Of a stretch of DNA of 64,000 nucleotides, positions 22,630 to 32,028 are shown piece after piece. Both the position numbers and the translations under genes were made by a program. Positions within the stretch are counted from its first letter, which is position 1, and every line of letters starts with the position of its first letter. This DNA is from an uncultured Acidobacteriaceae bacterium (GTDB lineage: Bacteria > Acidobacteriota > Terriglobia > Terriglobales > Acidobacteriaceae), in NCBI GenBank assembly GCA_963777035.1, contig CAVZPJ010000002.1, forward strand, positions 194,418 to 258,417, written 5' to 3'. The notes under the pieces were generated by a model. It saw only the letters and a list, made by a program, of their open reading frames with translations, ran no database searches and had not been told where the DNA came from.

Positions 22630-22735
22630 CAAGAGTGTCCGCTCCACACTGAAGCCCCGCCCAAGCAAAAGCTTGAACGGGGCAACCGTCTCGAATGCAG
22701 ACGGTCGAAAGCGGCTGGAAGTCCCGCTTCCGTGA

Positions 22736-23176
22736 CTAGTGGAGAGAAGCGAGCAGCGTCGATTCGGTCGCGGGTACGTTCTGGGCGCGGAGTTCAGCTT
22801 CCAACTTGCTCTCCGGGAAACGGTACGCAATGTTGCTGCCTTGCAGCTTGATTCCGGCCAGGAAGTATCGGTCTCCATATTGATTGAAGACCAGTGCGTA
22901 GTGAGCGGCACCTTCCTTGGCCTCGTCCCTTATCGCCATGGAAAAAAGGCCCATCTTCGCGCCGGTATTGCTGATCGCCAGAGTGCTGCCGTCCATGGTC
23001 GCAACTTTCACGGACCATTCGCCGGCCGGAACGACATGGTTTGCGGCTACGAACTCAAAGGGCACCTGGGCCACGATCCTCGAGTTGCTCTGCAGTTGAG
23101 CTGCCGCCATTCCCGAGAGCGCTACCGACGCCAGCACGATCAACGCCAGCACGATAAACCAATTTGCGTGTTTCAT
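22736..23176 (-). CDS. Small secreted protein of unknown function
   Basis: Has a signal peptide (MKHANWFIVLALIVLASVALSGMAAAQ) and the motif VPFEFVAANHVVPAGEWSV. I recall this motif from paralogous small acidobacterial exported proteins, from memory only. Confidence 0.6.
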   Translation of the reverse strand: MKHANWFIVLALIVLASVALSGMAAAQLQSNSRIVAQVPFEFVAANHVVPAGEWSVKVATMDGSTLAISNTGAKMGLFSMAIRDEAKEGAAHYALVFNQYGDRYFLAGIKLQGSNIAYRFPESKLEAELRAQNVPATESTLLASLH

Positions 23177-23288
23177 AAAGTCCTCCGAGAGCTAATTAGC
23201 TCAGGGGAAGTGATTGCCATCTTGCCGCAGCTTTCACGGGACGTCCATGGAGGCGATATGAAGCGGTCTGAATTGATCTGAAGGGGGT

Positions 23289-23340
23289 TAACTCTGTTTG
23301 CTAACTTTGTTCACTACTCTGTTCACTAACTCTGTTCAGC
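23289..23340. repeat. Tandem 12-14 bp repeat x4 (taactctgttcac-like) spanning the stop codon of 23326..23751
   Basis: Read directly: taactctgtttgc taactttgttcac tactctgttcac taactctgttcagc. Confidence 0.85.
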
Positions 23341-23751
23341 GTATTGCGGCTCTTCGCTCGATTGCGTGCGGGAGTGGATGCGAACGATCAGCAATCCCAC
23401 GAGAACCGCGCTCACCAGCATGACGACGCGAACGTAGAGGCCGGCGTGAAAGGTCTGGTCACCGGCAGCGGTTCGGACCAGGCCGGAGGTAGCGCTGACC
23501 GTGCAGAATCCGAAATAGAGCTTTTCCATCCATCCCCTCGAAATGACGAGCAGCCACAGGAGAATGGAGGAGACGATGGCAAAGATTCCGCAGAGAATCC
23601 ATGTGGCACGCGATACCGTGGATCCAACCCAGATGCCGGCGGCGGGATTGGCGGCAACCATCTGCCGCACCGCAATCAGCAGAAACACCACGGAATGCAG
23701 CAGCGCGACCATCGCGCGTTTGCGGTTCGTGAGAATGGAAAATCCGCCCAT
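23326..23751 (-). CDS. Small integral membrane protein (about 4 TM), unknown function
   Basis: 141 aa with four hydrophobic stretches (VALLHSVVFLLIAV, WILCGIFAIVSSILLWLLVI, LYFGFCTVSATSGLV, VVMLVSAVLVGLLIV). Confidence 0.55.
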   Translation of the reverse strand: MGGFSILTNRKRAMVALLHSVVFLLIAVRQMVAANPAAGIWVGSTVSRATWILCGIFAIVSSILLWLLVISRGWMEKLYFGFCTVSATSGLVRTAAGDQTFHAGLYVRVVMLVSAVLVGLLIVRIHSRTQSSEEPQYAEQS

Positions 23752-23814
23752 GGTTCTATCACTCTAGCGGAAAGGGTGACCTCAGGCTGTGATCCACGTC
23801 ACGGGTGCGGCACT

Positions 23815-23842
23815 CATTACTCCGCAATCATTACTCCGCAAT
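23815..23842. repeat. Perfect 14-bp tandem duplication (tcattactccgcaa x2)
   Basis: Read directly. It lies in the divergent region between 23751 (-) and the Crp-family gene. Confidence 0.9.
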
Positions 23843-24033
23843 CAGGCGATGAATCTCCGCCTTGCGTACCTTGAGGTGACGCGTAAAGGTACGGCAACGC
23901 ACATACTTATGAGCATTAAGAGAGTAGTGTGGTAGTGGTCTCTTCTAGCATGTTTCCGCCGTACATTTCCATCGCAGTGACGGTTCCTTGCGAAAATTGA
24001 CAGCGTTTGCGCTGCGCAAGGAGCCTACCAACT

Positions 24034-24798
24034 ATGGCCAACCAAACTCGTGTCCCTGGCAAGCCCTCGACATCGCCGATCGCGGATGGCGACGGCAATA
24101 TTATTCATAATGAGATTCTTCTTGGGCTTTCTCCCAAGGAGTCCCAGTTGGTGCTCCCGGTGTTGGAGTTTGTACGCTTGCGGGTTCACCACGTGCTGCA
24201 CGAGCCGGGCGACACCTTGAAGTCCGCCTGGTTCTGCAATACAGGACTGATTTCCATTCTCAGCGTATTTCCTGACGGGAAGAGCGTGGAAGTCGGATTG
24301 GTGGGCAAGGAAGGCTTTATCGGGGTCCCGCTGGTAGCGGGCTTTCGCACCGCGCCGACCCGGGCGATTGCGCAGATCGAGGCCTCGGCTTTTCGCATCG
24401 ACGGTGACAAACTGAGCGGGCTTCTCTTGCAATGCCCGAAATTAGAGCGGCGCTTGCAGCAGTTTTCCCAGATCCTGGCCATGGAGGTCACCCAGATTGC
24501 GGCCTGCAATCGCTTGCACGAGGTGGAGGAGAGATTGGTGAGATGGCTGTTGATGAGTGCCGATCGGATCGGATCGAATTCGGTTCCGCTGACCCAGGAA
24601 TTTCTGGCGCAGATGCTCGGCACTCGCCGCTCCAGCGTAACCGTCGCGGCCGGGGTGCTCCAGAGGGCGGGACTGATCACCTACAGTCGCGGAGACGTGA
24701 AGATTATCGACCGGCAGAAAATGGAAGAAGCATCTTGCGATTGCTACAGGCTCATGGTGCGACAGCTCAACCAGTGGCAAAAGGAAGAAGAGCAATAA
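24034..24798 (+). CDS. Crp/Fnr family transcriptional regulator
   Basis: Has a cNMP-binding-like N-domain and a C-terminal HTH (LTQEFLAQMLGTRRSSVTVAAGVLQRAGLI). ATG 24034 is preferred over the TTG at 24007. Confidence 0.8.
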   Translation: MANQTRVPGKPSTSPIADGDGNIIHNEILLGLSPKESQLVLPVLEFVRLRVHHVLHEPGDTLKSAWFCNTGLISILSVFPDGKSVEVGLVGKEGFIGVPLVAGFRTAPTRAIAQIEASAFRIDGDKLSGLLLQCPKLERRLQQFSQILAMEVTQIAACNRLHEVEERLVRWLLMSADRIGSNSVPLTQEFLAQMLGTRRSSVTVAAGVLQRAGLITYSRGDVKIIDRQKMEEASCDCYRLMVRQLNQWQKEEEQ

Positions 24799-24911
24799 TT
24801 GTTTACTTCCGAGTAAGAAGGGTATCTCAGCGTACCGACAAGCTGCTTGCGGAGGATTAGCCTGACTCCGAATCAGAAGCTAGTTCCTGGTTACCTCGGC
24901 GAGAGGAACTT

Positions 24912-25085
24912 ATGCCGGAAGACGAACTGATTGCTCTTGATTGCGAAAAGCATGAGTTGCAGTGTCCACACTGCAAAAAGCCAACGGTGCACGATTCACC
25001 TGGAAAGATCATCCTCTTCGCTGCGGCAAGGTGCATGCATTGTGGCCAGGATTTCGTAATTGCGATGGATAAGCCGCATCTATAG
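24912..25085 (+). CDS. 57-aa zinc-ribbon-like small protein (below the ORF-track cutoff)
   Basis: My translation: MPEDELIALDCEKHELQCPHCKKPTVHDSPGKIILFAAARCMHCGQDFVIAMDKPHL*. It has two CxxC pairs and the SD-like sequence gagagga 5 nt upstream of the ATG. Confidence 0.4.
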   Translation: MPEDELIALDCEKHELQCPHCKKPTVHDSPGKIILFAAARCMHCGQDFVIAMDKPHL

Positions 25086-25312
25086 CCCTGAATTGCGATC
25101 CTCTGTGTTACGACACTCTTAATCCCCATGAAAAGCGCCCGTGAGGCACGAAAGTCTTGCCAACCGGCCATCCTCACGGTGTACCGGCAGTAACCATGAT
25201 GCACTGGTTTTCTTTGACTTGGGATTTATGCTCGGGGAAAATGATGGGTATCCGTACGTGCCGGGAACGCTTAAATCCACAACTTTTGGGCACAATTTGG
25301 AGAGGAAAATCA

Positions 25313-25570
25313 ATGAAGACGATTATCGTTGCTGTTTTTTCCGTATGCCTGTCGTTCGCTGCAGGGATCGCCGTTGCCGATAAAGTTCATGACTGGCACG
25401 ATCTGGATGCGGTCCACAACCACGTGCAAGAAGCGATCCACGAGCTAGATCGCGCCCGCGCCTCGAACCACTACGATATGCAAGGTCATGGCGCCAAGGC
25501 CGAAGAGCATCTGCATGCCGCCGAGCGTGAGTTGCATGAAGCGATCGAGACCATCCGCATGGAGCGGTAA
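25313..25570 (+). CDS. 85-aa exported His-rich helical protein (possible small metal-binding protein)
   Basis: This is an internal ATG of ORF 25157..25570, preceded by ggagagg. The signal peptide is MKTIIVAVFSVCLSFAAGIAVA, and the mature part carries 10 His (HDWHDL..HNHVQEAIHEL..HYDMQGHG..EEHLHAAERELHEAIE). Confidence 0.55.
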   Translation: MKTIIVAVFSVCLSFAAGIAVADKVHDWHDLDAVHNHVQEAIHELDRARASNHYDMQGHGAKAEEHLHAAERELHEAIETIRMER

Positions 25571-25747
25571 GAGCCACCGCGGAAATCCTTATCAGCCATC
25601 CGCCATTCGCCGTCAGCTAGCGGCATCTGGAGAAGCTATTCAGATGTCCGATAGCCGACGGTGGATGGCCTTTTCTTTTGTATGAAGGTATGCCTTCAGG
25701 CATTAGCCCATCAGCATTCGCCCATCAAAGTTCGCCGTTCGCCCCGC

Positions 25748-26338
25748 TCAGGCGTCAAACGAAACCGGCGACAGCGAGGACAAACTTGCTCCTCCCAACG
25801 CGAACTGTTGCATCTGCTGCTGCAGCGTGGAGTAGGCTTGCTGCGCACCGGCCAGGTTGCTGGACGACAGGTTCTGGCCGATCTGGTTGAGATCCTGGAG
25901 GAGTGAATTCTGGCTTTCCGGGTCACCGCTGCCTGCCTTGATGGGATGCCCGTGATGATGAGAGTGGCTGCCCGAGGCGTTAGTCGGGCCGGCTAGATTC
26001 TGACCATTAAGATCTTGCTGCACGGTAGAGAAATCCTTCTGCGCCGCAGAAAGATTCCCCGACTGCAGATCAGACGCAAGCTGATTAAACGCTTGATTGA
26101 CCGGGCTGCTGGTCGTGGATGAACTGACGGCAGTATCCGAGGAAGCGCTGCTGGTGGCGCTGCCAGTCGTAGTGGCAGGCGCCGAAAAGGCTGCCTGCAG
26201 GCTGGCGAAGTCCGATTGCGCGGCCGACAGGTTCCCCGTCTGGAGAGCTTGACCGAGCTGTTGGAATTGCTGCGCCGGATTGCTGGCGGCGATCTGCTGT
26301 GAATTGTTGATGTGACTGAAAATCCCGGAGATAGACAT
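25748..26338 (-). CDS. Q/S/T-rich repeat protein with His cluster, unknown function
   Basis: 196 aa with three copies of a ~26-aa unit (..LQTGNLSAAQSDFASLQ.., ..LQSGNLSAAQKDFSTVQ.., ..LSSSNLAGAQQAYSTLQ..) plus GSHSHHHGHP. No signal peptide or TM helix is visible. Confidence 0.6.
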   Translation of the reverse strand: MSISGIFSHINNSQQIAASNPAQQFQQLGQALQTGNLSAAQSDFASLQAAFSAPATTTGSATSSASSDTAVSSSTTSSPVNQAFNQLASDLQSGNLSAAQKDFSTVQQDLNGQNLAGPTNASGSHSHHHGHPIKAGSGDPESQNSLLQDLNQIGQNLSSSNLAGAQQAYSTLQQQMQQFALGGASLSSLSPVSFDA

Positions 26339-26668
26339 GAAAGGACCTCGATGTAAAAAGTTGTAAAGTTGACGCAGGTTCGGCGCGGGCTTCGCCAGCT
26401 ACGGTCGATATAGACTCGTGCCAGCAGCGCCCATGCGGGTGAACCTGCCGGAATTGGTGCACGCCCGCTTCCATTTCCACAAGGCCGACGTGGGACGGGG
26501 ATTCGCGAGTTTTCTGCGGTTTAGGGGGTCAGGTTATAAACGATGGCGCTCGCGAGATGGCTTGCGCGGGGTGCGCCGGCAAACGATGCCGGGCATGGGG
26601 GAGGCAAGAATTGCCGGGCGGACAAGATGTCTGCCCCTGGAGAGTCTGCCCATGGACAAGGCGATGGG

Positions 26669-27082
26669 CTATTGGTGGTTGGCGGCGGTTTGCGCGTCGG
26701 TTCGGGGCATCATCGAAACGACGACAAATTCGCGCACTTTATTGTCGATGCCTTCGACGCTCAACTTCACGAAGTTCTTCTCGACGTGGAACTGGGCCCG
26801 TTCGCCGACCGGTAGAAGGATGGGATGCTTGTCATCCTTGGGACGGATCCGGTAGATGATGCGGTCGGTCTGTAAGAGATATTCCTGGCAGAGCACAGTG
26901 TGAGTTTTCTGGTGAGCGTTGTCGGTGCCAATGATTTCGCCGGCAAGACTTTTGTTGCTCTTCTGATCGGTGCCACATTGCACCGAGTCCATCTGAAGAA
27001 TTGTGCCCGACTGCGGCCCCTGATGATCGCGGCCGTAAGCGAAAGATGCGCAGAACAAGGCGAAAATCGCAGCCTTTTTCAT
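26669..27082 (-). CDS. Small secreted protein of unknown function
   Basis: 137 aa with the signal peptide MKKAAIFALFCASFAYG. I recognise no family motif. Confidence 0.55.
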   Translation of the reverse strand: MKKAAIFALFCASFAYGRDHQGPQSGTILQMDSVQCGTDQKSNKSLAGEIIGTDNAHQKTHTVLCQEYLLQTDRIIYRIRPKDDKHPILLPVGERAQFHVEKNFVKLSVEGIDNKVREFVVVSMMPRTDAQTAANHQ

Positions 27083-27218
27083 GAGTGTCCTCTCCGTGCG
27101 ATGAACGATTAGACCTGATTTGCGGGACGGCGGGGAACGTTACGAAGGTATCGACACGGTTAGGGATGTACCGAATCGAATTCTTGAAACTCAATCCAGA
27201 AACAGTAAACTTGTGGGC

Positions 27219-28175
27219 ATGGCACGAAACTTCAAGGATTTATCCGAACGCGAAATTCTGGCGTTGGCAATTGGCCTGGAAGAAGAAGATGGAAGGGTGT
27301 ACGCCGATTTTGCCGATGGCCTGCGCGAGACGTATCCGGCGACGGCGAAGCTGTTTGACGACATGGGCGCGGAGGAGTCGGATCACCGGGCTTCGCTGTT
27401 CGAAACGTACAGGACCCGTTTTGGAGAACACATTCCCCTGGTTCGGCGCCAGGATGTAAAAGGCTTCGTGCAGCGCCGGCCGTTCTGGCTGACGCGTCCC
27501 TTGAAAATTGCGGAAGTGCGTAAGCAAGCCGAGATCATGGAACTGGAGACACGCCAGTTTTATCAGAAGGCGATCGGACAGGTGACGGATGCCGGCATCC
27601 GCAAGTTGCTGGGCGATCTCGAAGAAGTGGAGCGCAAGCACCAGGTGGCGGCGGAAGCGCTCTCCGAAAGCATCACTCCCACAGAGAAGAACGCCGAGGA
27701 GATAGCGCAGCGGCGACTGTTTGTGTTGCAGATCGTGCAGCCGGGCCTGGCCGGACTGATGGACGGGTCGGTGTCGACGCTGGCGCCAGTGTTTGCAGCG
27801 GCGTTTGCCACCAAGAGCAGCAACGACGCATTTCTGGTGGGTCTGGCGGCGTCGATTGGAGCGGGCATCTCGATGGCCTTCGCGGAGGCGCTCTCCGATG
27901 ACGGCTCGATGACCGGCCGCGGGCGTCCTGTGCTGCGCGGCGGGGTCACCGGATTAATGACAGCGGCCGGCGGAATTGGCCATACGCTGCCGTTCTTGAT
28001 CAAAGACTTTCATGTGGCGTTTATCGCGGCGGTCATTGTAGTGGCGCTGGAGCTGGCAACAATTGCCTGGATTCGAAATCGATATATGGATACTCCGCTT
28101 CTGTCGGCCGCATTCCAGGTGGTAGTAGGTGGAGTGCTGGTGTTCGCGGTAGGAATCTGGATCGGCAGCTCGTGA
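27219..28175 (+). CDS. Ferritin-like (erythrin) domain fused to VIT1/CCC1 iron-transporter domain
   Basis: Starts at ATG 27219 (MARNFKDLSEREILALAIGLEEEDGRVY). The N-domain has diiron-type ExxH motifs (EESDH, VERKH). The C-terminal half is VIT1-like and polytopic (GLMDGSVSTLAPVFAAAF..). Confidence 0.8.
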   Translation: MARNFKDLSEREILALAIGLEEEDGRVYADFADGLRETYPATAKLFDDMGAEESDHRASLFETYRTRFGEHIPLVRRQDVKGFVQRRPFWLTRPLKIAEVRKQAEIMELETRQFYQKAIGQVTDAGIRKLLGDLEEVERKHQVAAEALSESITPTEKNAEEIAQRRLFVLQIVQPGLAGLMDGSVSTLAPVFAAAFATKSSNDAFLVGLAASIGAGISMAFAEALSDDGSMTGRGRPVLRGGVTGLMTAAGGIGHTLPFLIKDFHVAFIAAVIVVALELATIAWIRNRYMDTPLLSAAFQVVVGGVLVFAVGIWIGSS

Positions 28176-28202
28176 TTATTGTTTGTTCGGGCGGTGGCTA
28201 GA

Positions 28203-28290
28203 GCCGAGCTGCGCTCGGCTGGGACCCTTCGGCTCCGCTCAGGGCAAGCTCACGAATGCGTCCGTCCCTACGCAACCCCCTTGTCAGAGT
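28203..28290. repeat. REP-like element (gccgagctgcgctcggct ... cgtccctacgcaacc)
   Basis: Shares both end modules with 40518-40573 (gccgagctttgctcggct ... cgtccctacacaacc). Confidence 0.7.
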
Positions 28291-28353
28291 GCCAATCGAG
28301 CTCATCTCAAGAAAACTCTGCGTCCTTGCACCTCGACAGGTGATCTATTTTCT

Positions 28354-29325
28354 ATGGAAGCATCGGTTCATCGTCCGACCTGGAAGACCCTGCTGGCGTT
28401 CTCGATCATCTATTTCGTCTGGGGCTCAACCTTCCTGGCGATCCGCGTGGGTGTGCGCGAGGTTCCGCCGCTGGTTTTTGCCAGCATGCGATTTTTCGTC
28501 GCCGGAGCGGTGCTCTTCCTGTGGATGCGCCTGACCGGGACGCCATCTCCGACGCGGCGCGAGTGGCTGGCGGCGTCGGTCCTGGCATTTTGTATCTTCG
28601 TAGTCGATTACGGCCTGCTGTTCTGGGCCGAACAACGCGTGCCATCAGGAATCGCCGCCGTGATGCTGGCGACCATACCTGTCTTCATGGCGCTGTCTGA
28701 AATCATCTTTCTACGGACTCAGCGGCTTACATTCCGGCTGGCAGTGGCTCTCCTGGTGGGCATTGCCGGGGTTTCCGTTCTGGTAAGTCGTTCGGTGAAT
28801 ATCGGCGAAGCTCCTATCGATCGCGCCGGGACCCTTGCGCTGGTAATTGCCGCGATGAGCTGGTCGGTTGCTTCGGCGCTTACCCGGAAGCTTCCGCTGC
28901 CGGAATCAAAAGTAATGAGCTCGGGAGCGCAAATGCTCTCCGGAGGAATTCTGCTCGCCCTGACCGCGGCGATATTCGGCGAGTTTCGTGGATTCCACAT
29001 CCAGACCGTTACACGCGGCGTTTGGTTCGCGCTCGCCTACCTGATCGTAGCCGGCTCGATTATCGGATTTACGGCGTACGTCTGGCTTATCCATCATGAA
29101 TCGCCGACCAAAGTTGGCACCTACGCATACGTCAACCCGGTGGTAGCCGTCATCGTCGGCTATTTTCTGGGAGGCGAGGTAGTGGGTCCGAGAACCGTGC
29201 TGGGAACACTGCTGGTATTAGTCAGCGTGATTGTGATTACCACCAGCCGAGCCGGGAAGCCCGCCGGCGCGCCGGTGCCCCTGCCGCAGACAAAATCACT
29301 GCAAGAAGAGCTGGCGGAACCGTAG
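28354..29325 (+). CDS. EamA/DMT-family transporter
   Basis: Starts at ATG 28354 (MEASVHRPTWKTLLAFSIIYFVWGSTFLAIRVGV). It has about 10 hydrophobic helices arranged as two EamA-like halves. Confidence 0.8.
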   Translation: MEASVHRPTWKTLLAFSIIYFVWGSTFLAIRVGVREVPPLVFASMRFFVAGAVLFLWMRLTGTPSPTRREWLAASVLAFCIFVVDYGLLFWAEQRVPSGIAAVMLATIPVFMALSEIIFLRTQRLTFRLAVALLVGIAGVSVLVSRSVNIGEAPIDRAGTLALVIAAMSWSVASALTRKLPLPESKVMSSGAQMLSGGILLALTAAIFGEFRGFHIQTVTRGVWFALAYLIVAGSIIGFTAYVWLIHHESPTKVGTYAYVNPVVAVIVGYFLGGEVVGPRTVLGTLLVLVSVIVITTSRAGKPAGAPVPLPQTKSLQEELAEP

Positions 29326-29495
29326 TCGTTAGTCTTTCATGAATGGAAAGAGGCCTGCTCCGCTGGTCCGTACTCGCTGACTCCGATGGACCGTACTCAT
29401 TCACATTCTTTTAATCTGCGATTTACATCTGGTTAACCCGCGGCGGGCTGCCTGCGACGAATACTCTAGCTCACCTTAAATTCCAGGAGGCTAAA

Positions 29496-31169
29496 GTGCC
29501 CGATCGTCGTTTTCTCCCCCTCGTGCTGGTTGCTTTGGCGCTGGCGAGCCTGTTTCCGGTAACGGCTGCTGCGCAAGGAACGAGCAAGATTCAACGCGTT
29601 TTACTCATCAGCATTGACGGCATGCACTCGCTCGATTTCGCCAATTGCGTCAGAGGCGTTCCCATTTACGGGAATCTGACTTACTGCCCGCATCTGGCAA
29701 CTCTTTCTGCAACCGGAGTGCATTACCTGCAAGCGTTCACTCCGAAACCTTCCGATTCCTTTCCTGGACTGGTGGCTCAGATTACCGGCGGGACGCCGCG
29801 TTCCGCGGGAATGTACTACGACGTCAGCTACGATCGGGCGCTGTCTCCTCCGAAGAGGACGACGCCCTACGGCATTGTCGGTGGACCCACGCTATGCCCG
29901 AGCGTAATCGGCACGCAGGTTGGATTCGACGAAGAGATCGACTACAACTACTTGAAACTTGACTCGGGCAAGCCCGATGGCAGCTCCGGCATCAACGGAA
30001 TCAATCCCGATTACCTGCCGCGCAATCCGAAAAATAACTGCGCTCCTGTGTATCCGCACAATTTCATTCGCGCGAACACCATCTTCAACGTGGTGAAGGA
30101 TGCGGGGGGCTACACTGCGTGGTCGGATAAGCATCCTTCCTACGACTTCACCAATGGACCGAGCGGCGACGGTGTGATTGACCTGTGGTCGCCAGAGATC
30201 AACTCGATTCCGGTAGCGATCCCTTCGGTGCAGGGATGCAAGCCGCTTCCTGACCCGGGCGCTGCCCAGTCGAGCAATGCCTGGACGGACAGCTTTCAGA
30301 ACATACGCTGCTATGACCAGTACAAAGTACAAGCAGTGCTGAACTGGATTGATGGCAAAACGCACGATGGCACAGCAACTGCTCCGGTGCCGACCGTATT
30401 TGGCATGAACTTTCAGGCGGTAAGCGTCGGCGAGAAACTGGTCGAACCGTCACTGAACCTGACGGGGGGCTATGTGGACGCGTTGGGAACTCCGAGTTCG
30501 TCATTGTTTGACGAGATCCAGTATGTTGATACGGCGATCGGTCAGATGGTAACGGAGTTGACCAAGCAAGGGCTGTTGGATTCAACGCTGATTATCGTGT
30601 CGGCAAAGCATGGGCAGTCGCCGATTGATCCCAATCGGGTGCTGCGCATTCCGGCGGACAATCCTTCGGATGAACCACCATCCCAGATCCTTTCGCCTGG
30701 CGGAGTCGGGCCTGGTCTGCCTGTTGCTCAAGCCGACGAAGATGATGTCTCGCTCATCTGGTTGACCGATCAAAGCCAGACGGCAAGCTCGGTGACAACG
30801 TTGAGCGCGAATGAAGACTTGTTTGGGCAGGGAGAAATTTTTGCCGGTCCATCGCTCATGTTGCAATTCAACAATCCGCTGACCGATTCCCGGACACCCG
30901 ACATCATCGTGGCTCCGAATGTAGGAGTCGTCTATACCGGTGGTAAGAAGAAAGTTGCCGAGCATGGCGGCTTTGCCTACGACGACCGGAACGTGATGCT
31001 GCTGGTCTCGAACCCGAAGTACAAACCCTCGACCTTCAACGATCAGGTGGAGACGCGGCAGATTGCTCCCACGATTATTAAAGCGCTGGGACTGGATCCG
31101 AATCTGTTGAGTGCGGTGAAAGCCGAGCATACGGAGACGCTGCCCGGACTGCCGTTCACGCAGAAGTAA
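29496..31169 (+). CDS. Secreted alkaline-phosphatase-superfamily protein (nucleotide pyrophosphatase/phosphodiesterase-like)
   Basis: The GTG start is preceded by aggagg. It has a signal peptide and the motifs LLISIDGMHSLDF, PSDSFPGLVAQITGG and SAKHGQSP. Confidence 0.65.
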   Translation: MPDRRFLPLVLVALALASLFPVTAAAQGTSKIQRVLLISIDGMHSLDFANCVRGVPIYGNLTYCPHLATLSATGVHYLQAFTPKPSDSFPGLVAQITGGTPRSAGMYYDVSYDRALSPPKRTTPYGIVGGPTLCPSVIGTQVGFDEEIDYNYLKLDSGKPDGSSGINGINPDYLPRNPKNNCAPVYPHNFIRANTIFNVVKDAGGYTAWSDKHPSYDFTNGPSGDGVIDLWSPEINSIPVAIPSVQGCKPLPDPGAAQSSNAWTDSFQNIRCYDQYKVQAVLNWIDGKTHDGTATAPVPTVFGMNFQAVSVGEKLVEPSLNLTGGYVDALGTPSSSLFDEIQYVDTAIGQMVTELTKQGLLDSTLIIVSAKHGQSPIDPNRVLRIPADNPSDEPPSQILSPGGVGPGLPVAQADEDDVSLIWLTDQSQTASSVTTLSANEDLFGQGEIFAGPSLMLQFNNPLTDSRTPDIIVAPNVGVVYTGGKKKVAEHGGFAYDDRNVMLLVSNPKYKPSTFNDQVETRQIAPTIIKALGLDPNLLSAVKAEHTETLPGLPFTQK

Positions 31170-31190
31170 CTTGTGAGAAGGTACGAATCG

Positions 31191-31224
31191 ATGCGGGAAG
31201 CCTCGTGCTTCCCGCATTTCTATT
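31191..31224 (+). terminator. Rho-independent terminator candidate
   Basis: Perfect 11-bp stem atgcgggaagc-ctcgt-gcttcccgcat, followed by ttctatt. Confidence 0.7.
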
Positions 31225-31272
31225 GGAGCCAGGTCTAGCAGTCTCCAGGATAAGTGCTTTCGACTCGCTGCG

Positions 31273-31782
31273 TCATTTAGCGGGAGTCAGAATGCGCTCG
31301 ATTTGTTGAATATGGTTGATGTCGTGTCCCGCGACCATGCGGACGATGTGCTCGATCGATTCCTGTCCGCGCTCGGCATGCTGACCGAACTGCTTTAACT
31401 GCTCGGCCGATAGCGATTTGAGGAGCGCCAGATTTGCTTCCCGCAGCACACGCTGGAGCTCAATGGATTTGCGCGGATCGCGTTTCTCGTAGTGTCCAGC
31501 GATGACCCACGCGTTCTGATCGTAGGCTTGAACCGGCGTGCCCGGAGCTCCGAGGATCGAACGCATGCGCCATCCAATTACGATTTCGACGTCGGCAAGG
31601 TGGGCCAGAATTTCCGCGGCCGACCACTTTTCGGGTGCGGGCCGTTTGCGGAGTTTGGCTGTTGGTACGCCTTTGACGAGGCGAGCCAGTTTCTTCGGAG
31701 TCGCCGATTGCACCTTGATCGGGTCCTGTCCCTGGGCGTGGGCCATGATGCGCTGTGTGTACTGCTGAACGGTTTCCGGCAT
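31273..31782 (-). CDS. DinB-family (four-helix bundle) protein
   Basis: Shows a DinB_2-like pattern: WSAAEILAHLADVEIVIGWR ... VRMVAGHDINHIQQIERIL (His triad positions). Confidence 0.7.
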   Translation of the reverse strand: MPETVQQYTQRIMAHAQGQDPIKVQSATPKKLARLVKGVPTAKLRKRPAPEKWSAAEILAHLADVEIVIGWRMRSILGAPGTPVQAYDQNAWVIAGHYEKRDPRKSIELQRVLREANLALLKSLSAEQLKQFGQHAERGQESIEHIVRMVAGHDINHIQQIERILTPAK

Positions 31783-32028
31783 TCGAAATCTCCTCCGATT
31801 CTTGCCCTACTTATAATGCAGCGTCGCCGCAATTGGCCAGCGCTCGATGCGATCGCGGCCAAGCCTCGCGGTTGGCCGCTTGGTTGTTGCGCTGACCAAC
31901 GGTCAAAACAGAGAAAGAAAATTTCCACAAATCTGCACAAAGACCTGTAAAAAGCCCATTGATAAATCGATTCACTATGCTGTATCTTTTGTTGACCGAC
32001 GGTCAAATAATCGGTAAGGAGTTGGGCC

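Noticed and set aside
24857-25204. 115-aa minus-strand ORF.
   Set aside because: It has no recognisable features. It fully covers the better-supported + strand zinc-ribbon ORF, which has an SD sequence and paired CxxC motifs.
27120-28353. 5' extensions of ORF-track entries: 27120 for the VIT1 fusion, 28183 for the EamA gene, 48956 for the M28 peptidase, 11255 for lhgO, 33847 for the amidohydrolase and 25157 for the His-rich protein.
   Set aside because: The extensions run through REP-like repeats or neighbouring genes and precede obvious signal peptides or conserved N-termini. Internal ATGs with SD-like sequences fit better.
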